Origin: Phaeosaccion multiseriatum
Taxonomy: Eukaryota; Protista; Ochrophyta, other classes
Direction of reading: 5' to 3'
DNA: 64,000 nucleotides
Assembly (NCBI GenBank): GCA_965112735.1
Contig: OZ218950.1
Coordinates: 1,736,001 to 1,800,000, forward strand
How positions within the stretch are numbered: position 1 is the first letter of the stretch; each line of letters opens with the position of its first letter. The notes below the pieces were generated by a model, which made no database searches, was not told the origin of the DNA, and saw only the letters and a program-made list of their open reading frames with translations. Below, piece after piece: positions 1-11,656 of this stretch. Made by a program: the position numbers and the translations under genes.

Positions 1-614
1 CGTGCGTGCACCCCCGTTGTACCCTTCCATGTTGAACACCGTGTGCTTATGTTATCTGCTAGATGCACAGCGGGTCTGACGGTGTGTGGCTGTTCGGGGG
101 TGAAGGTGAAGGCAGTGGAGCTATACTCGGGAGTACAATAGCGACCGCAGATCCAGGCCAGCAGGAGGAGGAGGAGGCAAAGGGAGAGCCAGAGACGAGG
201 AGGAGGAGGAGGAGGAGGAGGAGGAGGAGGAGGAGGAGGAGGAGGAGGGACGTTTTTTTACCCACTGCTCCTCCCCTAATAAGTGCTTTCATTGTACAAA
301 ATGAAACAATTTTATTGACAAAAAAAAAGAGTTTTATTTTCTCCAAACCGATTATGGACTCGCCGCCACTCCCATGTCGGAGCTACATACAGCACTGAAT
401 ATCTCCCCCCTCGAATGTACATGTGTCCTACAAAAGCTCCCTTTCTCCCTCCCCCTCTCGTGAGTAGACGGGGGCCCTACTGCTCCCACCTCCGACTACC
501 ACACCACCACTCTCTGCCCGTCTTGCTTACTCACAACAACCCAGCCAACTCAATTCCTTCCGCAGTCAGCTTCAGCCCCCTCTGCCTGGGGGGCTTCATT
601 TTCGAACCAACCGA

Positions 615-3600
615 TTACGGAGTCAGTTTCAGTCGACTCTTGAGCACAGAGTACACAAGAAAGGCCTCCGCCCGGGGAAACCGCTCCGATTGTTGCTGCG
701 ACTCCGACCCACCACGCCCCCCATCCATATCAACATCCTCATCACCACCACCACCACCACCACCACCGCCACCACCACCTTTGCCCCTGCCTCCCCCTCC
801 TCCTCCCCCTCCGTCAATGTCTCCGTCTGGCGTCAGCATATGTTGAGCAATAACCCGAACAGCCGCTCCCATGCCCAACCGAGGCCCTACTAGCGCCGCC
901 ACCACACGAAGCTCCAACAGATCAAGGTCGAGGCTCGGAGCGCACTCCCCCAGGACGTCTTCGACCTCGCCGATCACAGCGCGCTTACACGTCAGCGGCC
1001 GCCCGAAGCGAGTGTACAGGACAGTCTCCTCCTCCCCCCCCTCCTCCTCCTCCTCCCCCTCCTCCTCCTCCTCCTCCTCCTCCTCCTCCTCCTCCTCCTC
1101 CTCCTCCTCCTCCTGCTCCTGCTCCTCCTCGTCCTCCTCCTCTTCCTTCTCCTCCTCCACCTCCTCCTCCTCTTTCTTCCTCTTCTTCTTCTCCTTCTTC
1201 TCCTTCTCCTCCTTCTCCTCCTCCCCCCCAAGCACAATCTTCATCTCCCCCAGCACCATGCTCTCCTCCTCCTCCTTTGCCTCCTCCTCCTCCTCCTCCT
1301 CCTCCTCCTCCTCCTCCTCCTCCTCCTCCTCCTCCTCCTCCTCCTCCTCCTCCTCTTCTTCTTCTTCTTCTTGTTCCTCTTCCTCTTCTTCTCCCTCCTC
1401 CTCCTTCTTCTCCCTCTCCTTCTCCTCCCTCTTCTCCTTGTCCTTCTTCCCGCCCAGCAACATATCCTCTTCCCCCTCGCTCTCATCCTCCTCTTCCTCC
1501 TCCTCCCCCGACGACGACGACGACGACGACGATGACGACGACGACGATGATGACGACTCGTCCTCGTCCTCCTTTCTCGGCGCCGCTTTGCGGTGCTCCT
1601 CTCGAGGGCGTTTCTTCGCCCGCCCCCCTCCCCCTCCTCCTTTTCCCCCTGCCCTTGCTGCTTCCGCCCGGTTTTTTCCCCGATTCTCTTCCAAGTCTCG
1701 CTCCAGCTCCTCCAGCATACATCGTCCCTTGACATCACCGACGCGGATCAACTCTGCCAACAGACCCTTAAAGGTTTTGATCAGACGACCCTCATTCTTC
1801 TTTACCATCTTCTTGCAACGGATCGTATTGCGCGCTCGAAGGAGTCCTCCTCCTCGGGGTCCTTCCATCGCCGACTCTCCCCTCCTCATCTCTTCCTTCG
1901 CCTCAGCCACATGCCACTTTAGCTCTTCTTTCAAATACCTCATGCACTCGGCGATGAGATTCCTTCGATACTCGTTCCCCGGGATGGCCGGTGGCAAGTG
2001 AGAGCAGGCAATGGCCAACTCGGCGGGGGATGGCACCTGATACGCCTCTCTTCCTCCTCCTCCTCCTCCTCCTCCTCCTCCTCCTCCTCCTCCTCCTCCT
2101 CCTCCTCCTCCTCCTCCTCCTCCTCCTCCTCCTCCTCCTCCTCCTCCTTCTCCTGCTGCTGCTGCTGCTGCTGCTGCGCCTGCTTCATCTCTGGCGTCTG
2201 CATGGGCATCGACCAATTGTGGGTATTCCTCGCGCTGCTGCCGCTGCTTCTCCTCCTCCTCCTCCTCCTCCTCCTCCTCCTCCTCCTCCTCCTCCTCCTC
2301 CTCCTCCTCCTCCTCCTCCTCCTCCTCCTCTTCCTCCTCCTCCTCCTCCTCCTCCTCCTCCTCCTCCTCCTCCTCCTCCTCCTCCTCCTCCTCCTCCTGC
2401 TGCTGCTGCTGCTGCTGCTTGGGCATCTTATTCAGCATATGTCCAGCCCGTGGAATGGCAATGTCCAAATGATTGAACAGCAGCCGCAGCCGCATAGCCT
2501 CTCCGCCATCGTAATTCAACTCCTGGAGGGTCTGGTAAAGGACGAGAGGGGCAGAGATGAGAGGGCTGTCCTCTGTTTGCCTCATGTTGAGCTTCAGCCT
2601 CTCACTGCCGGGGGAGGACCCCTCCTGGTTGCAAGGCAGCAGCGATGCCTCAACCTTGTGCCACCCTCTCTCATCCTTCAGCTTGGTGCAGATGGTGCCC
2701 AGGATTCTGGTGCCCCATGCTGGATCCTTCTTACGGCTTTGGGTTGCGGTGGTGTTGCTGTTGCTGCTGCTCTCCTTCTTGCTAATGTGGTCGTTACTGC
2801 TGCTGGTGCTGCTGCTGCTGCTGCTGTTATTGTTGGTGACGCTCGCCTCGGCCCCTCCATCCTCGCTTCCGTCGCTGTCGTCGTCGGCACGCCTCTCTTG
2901 CTTGCTCGTGGTGCTAAGCGCAGTGGTTTGCTTAGTGGACTGCGTGATGGCTTTGTGTTCCACCTTTGCCCGCTTCCTCTTCTTCTGCTTAGCCAGACCA
3001 CCAGTCTTGCTGCTGGCAAGTTTGCGTTTGCCCTCCTTGCTCCCCTCCTCGCTCGCTGCCCCTTGCCCTTCTCCTTCTCCTTCTCCTTCCGAGTCGTCGC
3101 TCGTCTCAACAGACGAGTCCGACTCGACGACATAAATCACCCTGCTCGTTGCCCTCTGGACATTCAGCACCTCCACCTCCTCTTTCGTTGATGTCCCCTT
3201 CTCCTTCTTCGTCTTCTTCTTCTTGCTCCGAAAGACCGAGGACGGCTGAGCAGCACCCGCCTCATCAGGCGCCTTCTTGCCCCGAGGCGCAGAAGCCCCT
3301 ACCGAAGCCCCTATAGAAGAACCTCCTTCTCCTCCTGCTCCCCCTCCTCCTCCTTCTGCGCCTCCTCCTCCTCCTCCTCCTCCTCCTCCTCCTCCTCCTC
3401 CTCCTCCTCCTCCTCCTCCTCCTGCCGATCCTCCTGCTCCTCCACCTTTCTTGCTGCCACCGCCGCCACCGCCTCCGACCTTTCTCCAGGGGCCCCTACC
3501 CCTGACACTGACACTCTCCTCCTCCTCCTCCTCCTCCTCCTCCTCCTCCTCCTCCTCCTCCTCCTCCTCCTCCTCCTCCTCCTCCTCCTCCTCCTCCTCC

Positions 3601-4772
3601 TCCTCCTCCTCCTCCTCCTCCTCCTCACTGCTGCCGCTGCTGTCGCTCTCATCACGGCTGCTGTTACTTCTGTCATCACTGCTGCTGGTACTGCTGCTCA
3701 CTGACATAGGAGCATCCCCCTCCCCACTCACAGGACTGCGCTTGCTGCTGCCCCCCCCCCCCGTCTCCTTCCCCTTTGCCTTGGGCTTCTGTCCAGAGGC
3801 CTTTGGCTTTGCTTTGGGCTTATTAGGCTTAGGCTTACCTACTGAGGCAGCAGCGGAGGAGGAAGCAGGTGCCTTCTTCTTGCTTGTTTTGGCGGCCGCG
3901 GCTGGAAGGGAGCGAGCGCCGCTCGTAGACCCCGTAGAGGAGGCAGGTGTCTTGGCACCAGAAGTCGATGCTTCCTTGCTCCTGGACGATGCGCTGGCCT
4001 TGCCCGTGCCCCCCTGTCTCTGTTGCACATGCTCCTTCGTCGAGACCTTTGATCCCCTAGAATGGCTGCTGCTTCCCTTTGGACCGCTACTACTTCCCTT
4101 TGAACCACTGCTGCTTCCCTTTGAATCACTGCTGTTTCCCTTTGAGCTGCTGCTACTTCCTTTTGAGCTGCTGCTGCTTCCTTTCGAAGGGCTGCTTCCC
4201 TCTTTACTACTCTTCTTCGGGATCTTGGCACTAGCACTACTCTTGGATGTCGATGATGTGGGCGTGGATGTGGCAGGCTTGCCTGTGCTTCCTTGTCTCT
4301 GGGGTCGCTGGGCGCGGTAGACTTTCAGCATAAAACTTACTTCATTGCTGGAGAGCCCTCGGAGCAGCTTCTCGAGGCTCTTGGGACTCGTGTCGAAGTA
4401 GTTTGTATTCAACTGACCCGTGGCGCTGCATCAAGAGCGTTTGGGGGGGGGGGGGGAGAGGAGGGGAAGGAGGGGGGGGGAGGAGGGAAGAAAGAAGAGG
4501 TCAATGTAGAGTTTTGTTACAAAGAGGACAATGCAGTAGCATCTGTGGTCTTGTCCATAGACGTACCGAAGGGCGTTGGGCTTGAGGTAATACTTCGCCT
4601 CCTTGTACCCGCCTGCCTTTGTGCTGCTGCCGGCCTTCTCCTTCTGGATGTCGATCTTGTAGCCCACCTTCAGCAGTTGTTTCCACAGACCGTCAGGGCC
4701 ATGGAAGGCTGTGCGAGGGTGCTTCACGATCCAGCTCACGGCGGCATTAAATTCAGCCTTCTTGTCCATCAT
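615..4772 (-). CDS. Large low-complexity (S/K/E/G-rich) hypothetical protein, probably nuclear; 2 exons (4772-4567, 4425-615)
   Basis: Intron CG|GTACGT...TGCAG|C joins the 4431..4796 and 615..4412 ORFs in frame (KYYLKPNALR-ATGQLNTNYFDT). Basic NLS-like tracts (KQKKRKRAK) and several poly-E/poly-G runs encoded by (GGA)n. Confidence 0.65.
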
Positions 4773-4908
4773 GCCTCCTCCTCCCCTTTCCCGCAATTGC
4801 GAAGTACTACGTTACTTTTAGACGATCTTCGAAATTGAAACTCACGGAACCCCCCCTGCTGCCTTTTGGATCCCCTTTTTTCACGTGCTTTTTTGTTTTC
4901 CTTTTTTT

Positions 4909-4940
<32 letters not shown>

Positions 4941-5266
4941 CTTTTTCTCTCCCTCCCTTTGACTCCCTTGCTCAGTCTTCAGACGGGGAATCAGACCAGA
5001 CCTTCCGGAAGGAAGCGCTCGAGTTGACGCGCCGCAGCGAGAAGCAATCGATATCGATTCTCTTGTTATGAAATGAAATGATTAATTAATACAAAAAGGG
5101 TTCCTCTATCTTCTCTCTCTGTGCACTCGCGGCTATTATACTGCCAGTCGGGCTACGGAGTGCGCCTGTCTGCCTGACTGCTAACTACCAGTAGCATTTA
5201 CGATGACATCATGCCTACGACACGTCGTTGCATCCTCGCCATCGACTGCCATCCGTGGGCACCGGT

Positions 5267-8200
5267 TCATGCTCCATCTTGTTGTTGTGTGTTGCTGTGT
5301 TGCTGCTGCGTCGAAGGAACGAGGCTCGTGAGGCCATCATCACCAGCAGCATCATGGAGAAGGTCGGAAGGAAGTGATTTTTCGCCCCCTCCTCCTCCTC
5401 CTCCTCCTCCTCCTCCTCCTCCTCCTCCTCCTCCTCCTCCTCCTCCTCCTCCTCCTCCGCCTCCTCCTCCTCCTCCTCCTCCTCCTCCTCCTCCTCCTCC
5501 TCCTCCATCTTCTTCCCCACCACCTCCTCTGTACAGGCTTCTCTTAACTTCCTCTGCCCCCCCCGTCTCATTGCTGCTGCTGCTGTTGTTGACAAGCGAC
5601 GCTGCCGCCGAAATCTCGTCCTCTTTGCCACTACTAGCTAGAGCCTGCTCGGCTTTACTCTCCGCATCTTGTGTATTCTCCCCCTTCGTATCACTGTTGC
5701 TGCTGCGGACAAGTGGTGCTGCCACCGAAGCTTCCTCGTCCTCCTTGCTACGCGTGGTAGCCTGCTCGGCTTCGCGCTCCGCGCCTTGCGTCTCTTCCTT
5801 ATCACCATCATTGCAGCTGGACACACGGGCAGTGCAATCAGCGTCTAGCTCCTCCTCCTTCGCATCACTACAGCTGGACACAAGTTCAAGCGGTGCTGCC
5901 ACCACAGCTTCGTCCTCCTTGCCACTAGGGGCAACCTGTTCAGAGTTGCCCTCAGCGTGTTGCTCCTCCCCGTTCGCATCACTGTTGCTGCTGCTGGACT
6001 CAATTGGTGCTGCCGCCGAAGCTTCGCACTCCTTGCTATTCGTGGTAGCCTGCTCGGCATTACAATCCGCGTCTTGCTCCTGCACCTTTGCGTCACTACT
6101 GCTGGACTCAAGCACCGCTGCCATCGAAGCTTCGTCCCCCATTTCACTGGGGGTAACCTGTTCGGCAACACTCTCCGCGCCTTGTGTCTCCCCGTTACTG
6201 CTCTCCCGAAGACCAGCGGGAGAAGCACCAGTACCAGGACCAGCCGCACCAGCACCGGCGTTAGCCCCAGCAGTACCAGCATCAGTACCAGCGCCAGCAT
6301 CAGCATCTGCACCGGCAGCACCAGTAGCACCGGTAGCGCCAGTAGCACCAGCATCAGCGTCAGCATCAGCATCAGCGTCAGCATCAGCATCAGCATCAGA
6401 ACCAGCACCAGCACCAAGTGAACCCATGCTCTTGCGGTGGATCATTTGGCTGTAGCGTCGCATCTGGTGCACCCTCCCCATATCCCTCCCCATGATGAGG
6501 ATACGGATGGCCGCGCGGACCTTTCGCTTGGCATTAGACAGCTTCGCTCTATCCCCGATTTCTCGCTGCGGTGAGGGCTGTCGCGCCTTGACCCCCACAA
6601 TCCAGGGGTGCTGCAGAGCCTCTGCCGCGGATATTCGCTTCGACGGATCGACGCAAATCATCTTGCGAATAAGGTCTTTGGCTAGAGAACTGACGTCAGC
6701 CCATTCCTCCACGTTGAACTCCAAGACCCCCTTCTTGATTTTGCGGTATAGTCTGGTTTGGTTCTCGTCGGAGAAAGGCTGATAGCCGCCCAAGAGGATG
6801 AAGAGGACAACGCCTGCACAGGGGGAGAGAGGGAGAGGGTGAAGGAGACGGGGAGAGGGTTAAGGTGTGTAGGAGAGAACCCCAAGCAGAGATATAGGGG
6901 GAGGAAGAGTGAAGGAGGGAGAAAGAGCGAGGAAGCACGAGCGAGACAGACAGACAGACAGAGGGAGATCGAAGGAGAGACACAGAGACCGACAAAGAGA
7001 GAGAGAGAGAGAGAGAGAGACATACGGAAAGGGAGAGAAAGAGCGGCGAAGACAGGAAAGAAGGGAGCGCGAAGGACAAAGACCGTAGGCTGACAGGACA
7101 GATTCAAGCCCCTTCTCTCTGTATGTACACACCTGCGCTCCAAATGTCGACTTTGCATCCGTACGGTTGGCATCTCAAGACCTCGGGGCTGCAGTAGCTT
7201 GGGGTTCCGCACTGGTACGTCTCAAGGTCTGCCCCCACCATGCACGCGAAGCCAAAGTCGCACACCTTTTGGGGTTGTAGTTTGCCGTGTGTGTGCGTGT
7301 GTGCGTGTGTGTGTGTGTGCGTGTGTGTGTGCGTGTGCGTATGTGTCAGGCAGTTTGGGGAAGGGGGGATTGGATGAGAGGGTAGGAGCGGGGAGAGTGT
7401 TACATTCCAGTTAGTTGGGCGCGCAGGAGGGGGGGGGGCTGGGATCATAGGGAAGTTTGGTGTGGTAGTGGTAGTGCTAGTGGGAGCAGTGGGGGGCTGG
7501 GATCATAGGGAAGTTTAGTGTGGTAGTGGTAGTGCTAGTGGGATCATAGGGAAGTTTAGTGTGGTAGTGGTAGTGCGACTTTTGTCCATCCTGAGTCAGT
7601 GAAGCTCCATTGCCTCGCTCGTTCGCTCGCTGGCTCGGCCTCTCAAGAGACCTGGTTGAGCCACTGCCAATTTAGCACTCCCTGTCCCTTCATCACTCGC
7701 AACCTCCACTTACACACTCACTCACTCACTCACTCACTCACTCAATCACTCACCACAAAGTCTGCGGCGTCGTGTCCCCTCAGCAGCAGGTTCTCTGGCT
7801 TAATGTCACGGTGACAAATTCGCCTCTGATGGCAATAATCGAGTGCCTCCAGTAAGTTTTGCATTATCTCCACGGCCTTCTCCTCCGTGAAGATGACCTG
7901 CTCCATGATGCTGTCCAGCAGCTCCCCCCCCCTCATCAAGTCTTGGACCATGTAGGCTTTGGACTGTTTCGTGTGTTGTGTTTTATGTGTGTATCATGTA
8001 TGAATGCGGAAAGAGGAAGGAGGGGAGGGGATAATGGATAAGAGAGGTTTCGGGGAGGAAAGTACTGTGCGTAAAAAGAAAAGAATAGAATCGTCCTCAC
8101 TTACGTTCCGGAAGAAGGCGGCCTCTAGCCGAGTTATTCTTTTATGCTTGATCATGTTCAGCACGCCCACCTCATTCCGCGCCAGTATTTCCTGATTAGA

Positions 8201-8539
8201 GCCTGAGGTATCCATGATCTTCATGGCAAACGCCTTCTTGCTGGGCGTATGCACCACCCGCCGTACGGTGGCAAAGGCCCCATAACCCAGCTGCTGCCCA
8301 ATTTCGTACTCTTCTAACTTCGAGGACTGCCCGTCCACGCTCTCAAACTCCTTAATCAAAATGCCTCCTTTCTCTGTGCCAGGGAATGCGCCCGGCGCGT
8401 AATTATCATGCTTTTTGCTGTGCTTCTTCTTACTTGATGCAGGCTCCGCCACCGGACCGCCATGCTTCTCTTCTCCCCCCTTCCCTGGTTTCTGCGACGG
8501 CGGCTGTTCAGGCGATACAGCTGAAGCCCCACAGCCCAT
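5267..8539 (-). CDS. CaMK-family Ser/Thr protein kinase with N-myristoylation motif; exons 8539-8105, 7963-7754, 7265-7133, 6813-5267
   Basis: Starts MGCGAS. Kinase motifs LGYGAFATV, AMKIM, HRDIKPENLL, DFG, CGTPSYCSPE, DIWSAG and KRISAAEALQHPW, then a basic CaM-binding-like helix (AKRKVRAAIRIL). GT-AG junctions keep the frame. Confidence 0.93.
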
Positions 8540-9510
8540 GACTTTTATCGAAGCACTCAAGATGCGCCGTCCATTAAAGCAAAGGCAGGACTCTTCCGTA
8601 CAAAGGAGGTGGGGGAAAACGCAGCAAGTCAGGGAATTTGAAACGACAGGCGTATGGGTTTGAATACGCCCCCTTTTTTTTCATTTTTTTTCCTTTCTTT
8701 TTTCCATCCTTCTTATCAACCAACAAAGCAAGCCCTTGCCCTTTCTCTCTGTCCTTGTACGTCCCCTGTACCTACAGATTCTTTTTTTCCTCCTATCGCA
8801 GCTGCTGGATAAGCAAGCCGCTACCTACTTCTCCCTTTTTTCTTGTTCTTTTTTCCTCCTGTCGTACACACTTGCGTGAGCTGTGCATGGCGAAAAAGCT
8901 CCTCGGTTGTACCCTCATGACATTAGAGGACCACATCTAGCGTCGGAAGGAGCAGCATCATGGGATGAGGAAGAGGAAGGTTTCGAGTTGGCTGGGGAGT
9001 CGAGCCAGCAGCCATAATTGGCGGGAACGTGCGCGCGGCCGTAGGGTACATTGCAGCGGGGCAAGTACGTTGATGACCGACAAGTCATTGAGTTAAATTC
9101 AATCTCAAGCGGAGGGGAGGAGCAAGCAAGCCCTGAGCTGCGGTGACAAAGGACCTGAGAAAAAGATGTTAGAGTCCTTACACAATGGAGTTCATGGCAC
9201 CACCGGCTGCGCGTGGCCTGCTGTCTCCTTCGTCGGTAGAGAGCACTACGGCCATTAGCGGCAAGTGAAGGGAAGAGAGTGGCTGCGAGAGAAAGGCAAG
9301 CGTGTTACTCCCCCACTTAAAATTAAGTCACTAAAGGTGCTTAGGCTCCGAAGAAATGTGTCAAGCGCCATTATAGAGGTCGAGGTCGTAAGCGCTGGTC
9401 CTCGCTGAGTGGTGTGCCGGAGACCGAATCATCAAAGAAGACACTACTTCCCCGCTCCTACGCATACGAACACACGATTTCACAAGCGCGAGAATAGGAA
9501 GGTGGGAAAG

Positions 9511-10499
9511 ATGCGCTCCTTTTCCGTCCTCTTTAGTATCTTCGGCTGGGCTGCCGTCACCTTTTCCGAGCGGGAAGTTCCAGCAGCCGTCGGTTCTTTT
9601 CTACGTGGGGCTGACGGGGTCGGCAAGCGAGCCCTGCAGGCGACAGGTGCGACCACGCGCTCGTGCTCCTCTCGCGCTCAGTGTCAAATCTCGTCTGGTG
9701 CCTTGCTCGTCGACACGCACTAACTTCCGACGACCATCTCTTTGCTCCAACGTATCTCGCCCCCCGTATCATGGCACTCGCTTCACTCCTATTCCTGTTT
9801 TGCTTCGGGTCGATGCTGTATACCCTCGCCTCTTGCGCCTCTTGTCATCCGATACAAACGACCCGCCGCCTTCCTTCGGCTCCATCCGGTGCTCATCGGG
9901 TCCCTTTGCCTCTCTTGTCAGCTGCCGTTGGACCTGGTGGAGCTTCGGCAGCAGCGGGTGGAAGCACTGCCGCAGCTGGAGGTGGAAGCGCCGCAGCCGC
10001 TGCTGGTGGAAGTGCTGCTGCAGCGGGGGGAGGTGAGGTCTTCGTGGCTTGCTTAAAATTTGCTCTCACTCACTCACTCACATCACTCACACGGACCAAC
10101 TCGCACCCAAAGGCTCGGCTGCTGCGGCGGCAGGAGGGGGCTCATCATCATCTGGAGGCGGTAAGCACGCAAAACAACACACACTCACTCACTCACTCAC
10201 TCACTCACTCACTCACTCACTCACTCACTCACTCACTCACTCACTCACTCACTCACTCACTCACTCACTCACTCACTCACTCACTCACTCACTCACTCAC
10301 TCACTCACTCACTCACTCACTCACTCACTCACTCACTCACTCACGAACGAACGAACGGCCCATCACACTCGCAGGCTCTGCTGCTGCGGCAGCAGGAGGC
10401 GGAACAGGTCCTGGTTTCGGACCTGGCGGCTCTACGGTGAGAGAGAGAGAGAGAGAGGTAGAGAGATGGCGAGAGAGGTAGATTCGAGAGATAGAGAGA

Positions 10500-10534
<35 letters not shown>

Positions 10535-10841
10535 TAGACAACGCTTTGCTCTACATGCTTTGGCTTTGCTTGTTGAGTCGCCCTCCCACCCACCCCCCTT
10601 GCCTCTCTTTCCGCTTCTTTCTCTGTCTCTCTCTCTTACTCTCTCTCTCTCTCTCTCTCTCTGTCTGTCTCTGTCTGTCTCTGTCTGCCCCCCCCCCCCC
10701 CTCTCTCTCTGTCTGTCTGTCTCTGTCTACCCCTCTCTCTCTCTCTCTCGCTCGCTCGGCGCTTCACAAGGCTGCTGGTGGTGGAGGGCCAGGAGGGCCC
10801 ATAGGTCCTGGTGGAGGAGGAGGCGGGACCGCTGCGGTAAG

Positions 10842-10884
<43 letters not shown>

Positions 10885-11306
10885 CTATTCTTACCTTCAT
10901 AACACCCCCCCCGCTTCCTCATCTCTCTTTTTGCTCTCCTCTTGCTCGGCGGCGCGCACAAAAGGCTGCCGGTGGAGGAGCCGCTGCGGCGGCGGCGGCC
11001 GGCAAAAAGCCCTACAAAGCGCCTATCGTGGCGCCAATCGCCGTGAAGCCCGAGCCCATCGTCATCAAAGAGCACAAGACGAACAACTACTATGTCAAGG
11101 AGAAGGAGATCCTGATCCTGCCGGACAAGAGCTCGTCCGTTGGAGGGTATGGGCGGGGAGGTGGAGGGGGAGGGGGGTATGATGGGTATGGCGGAGGAGG
11201 AGGAGGAGGGGGAGGAGGAAGATACGGTCGACGAGGAGGAGGAGGAGGAAACTACGGAAGAGGGTACGGCCGAGGAGGAGGAGGGGGTGTCACGTCCTAC
11301 CCATGA
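9511..11306 (+). CDS. Secreted Gly/Ala-rich structural-type protein (254 aa); exons 9511-9646, 9922-10032, 10113-10160, 10375-10436, 10771-10836, 10965-11306
   Basis: Signal peptide MRSFSVLFSIFGWAAVTFS and FLRG...KRALQ propeptide. Six exons with canonical GT-AG ends sum to 765 nt in frame. AAAGGG repeats and a GGYG/GRGG C-terminal tail. Confidence 0.75.
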
Positions 11307-11656
11307 TTGAGGAAGGAGACAACAATGATGATCATGTGTAAAACGTGTGACACGTTTGGAGCGAGCGATGCGGCGACAGGACTGCGGGGTGAGGGAAAGG
11401 AGTGGCCTCACTCGCGAGCACAGCCGTAGCTAAGACGCAAGCGGTGGTTCATGCGCTTGGCAACAACTGGGCGCCGCCATATTTTTCTGGCACTGCCTCC
11501 CCCTTTAGTAGTATTGTTGTTTCTAAGCTAGCTATCCTACTACTTACTTACCTCTCTCCCCTTTTTCTGACTCTACTCATCTAATGTCGTAGCTACCGAA
11601 GCCATTGAATGAAGTATCAAGCACAAACGATGGAACAAAGCAAGTCAAGACTTCGT

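Noticed and set aside
63-398. Possible terminal exon of a gene entering from the left (acceptor-like CTAG at 59-62)
   Set aside because: Too short, frame ambiguous, no recognisable motif.
871-6455. Long antisense ORFs (871..2001, 1998..3191, 3277..4320, 5211..6455)
   Set aside because: Shadow frames of (GGA)n-rich, GC-rich genes on the opposite strand, with no recognisable domains.
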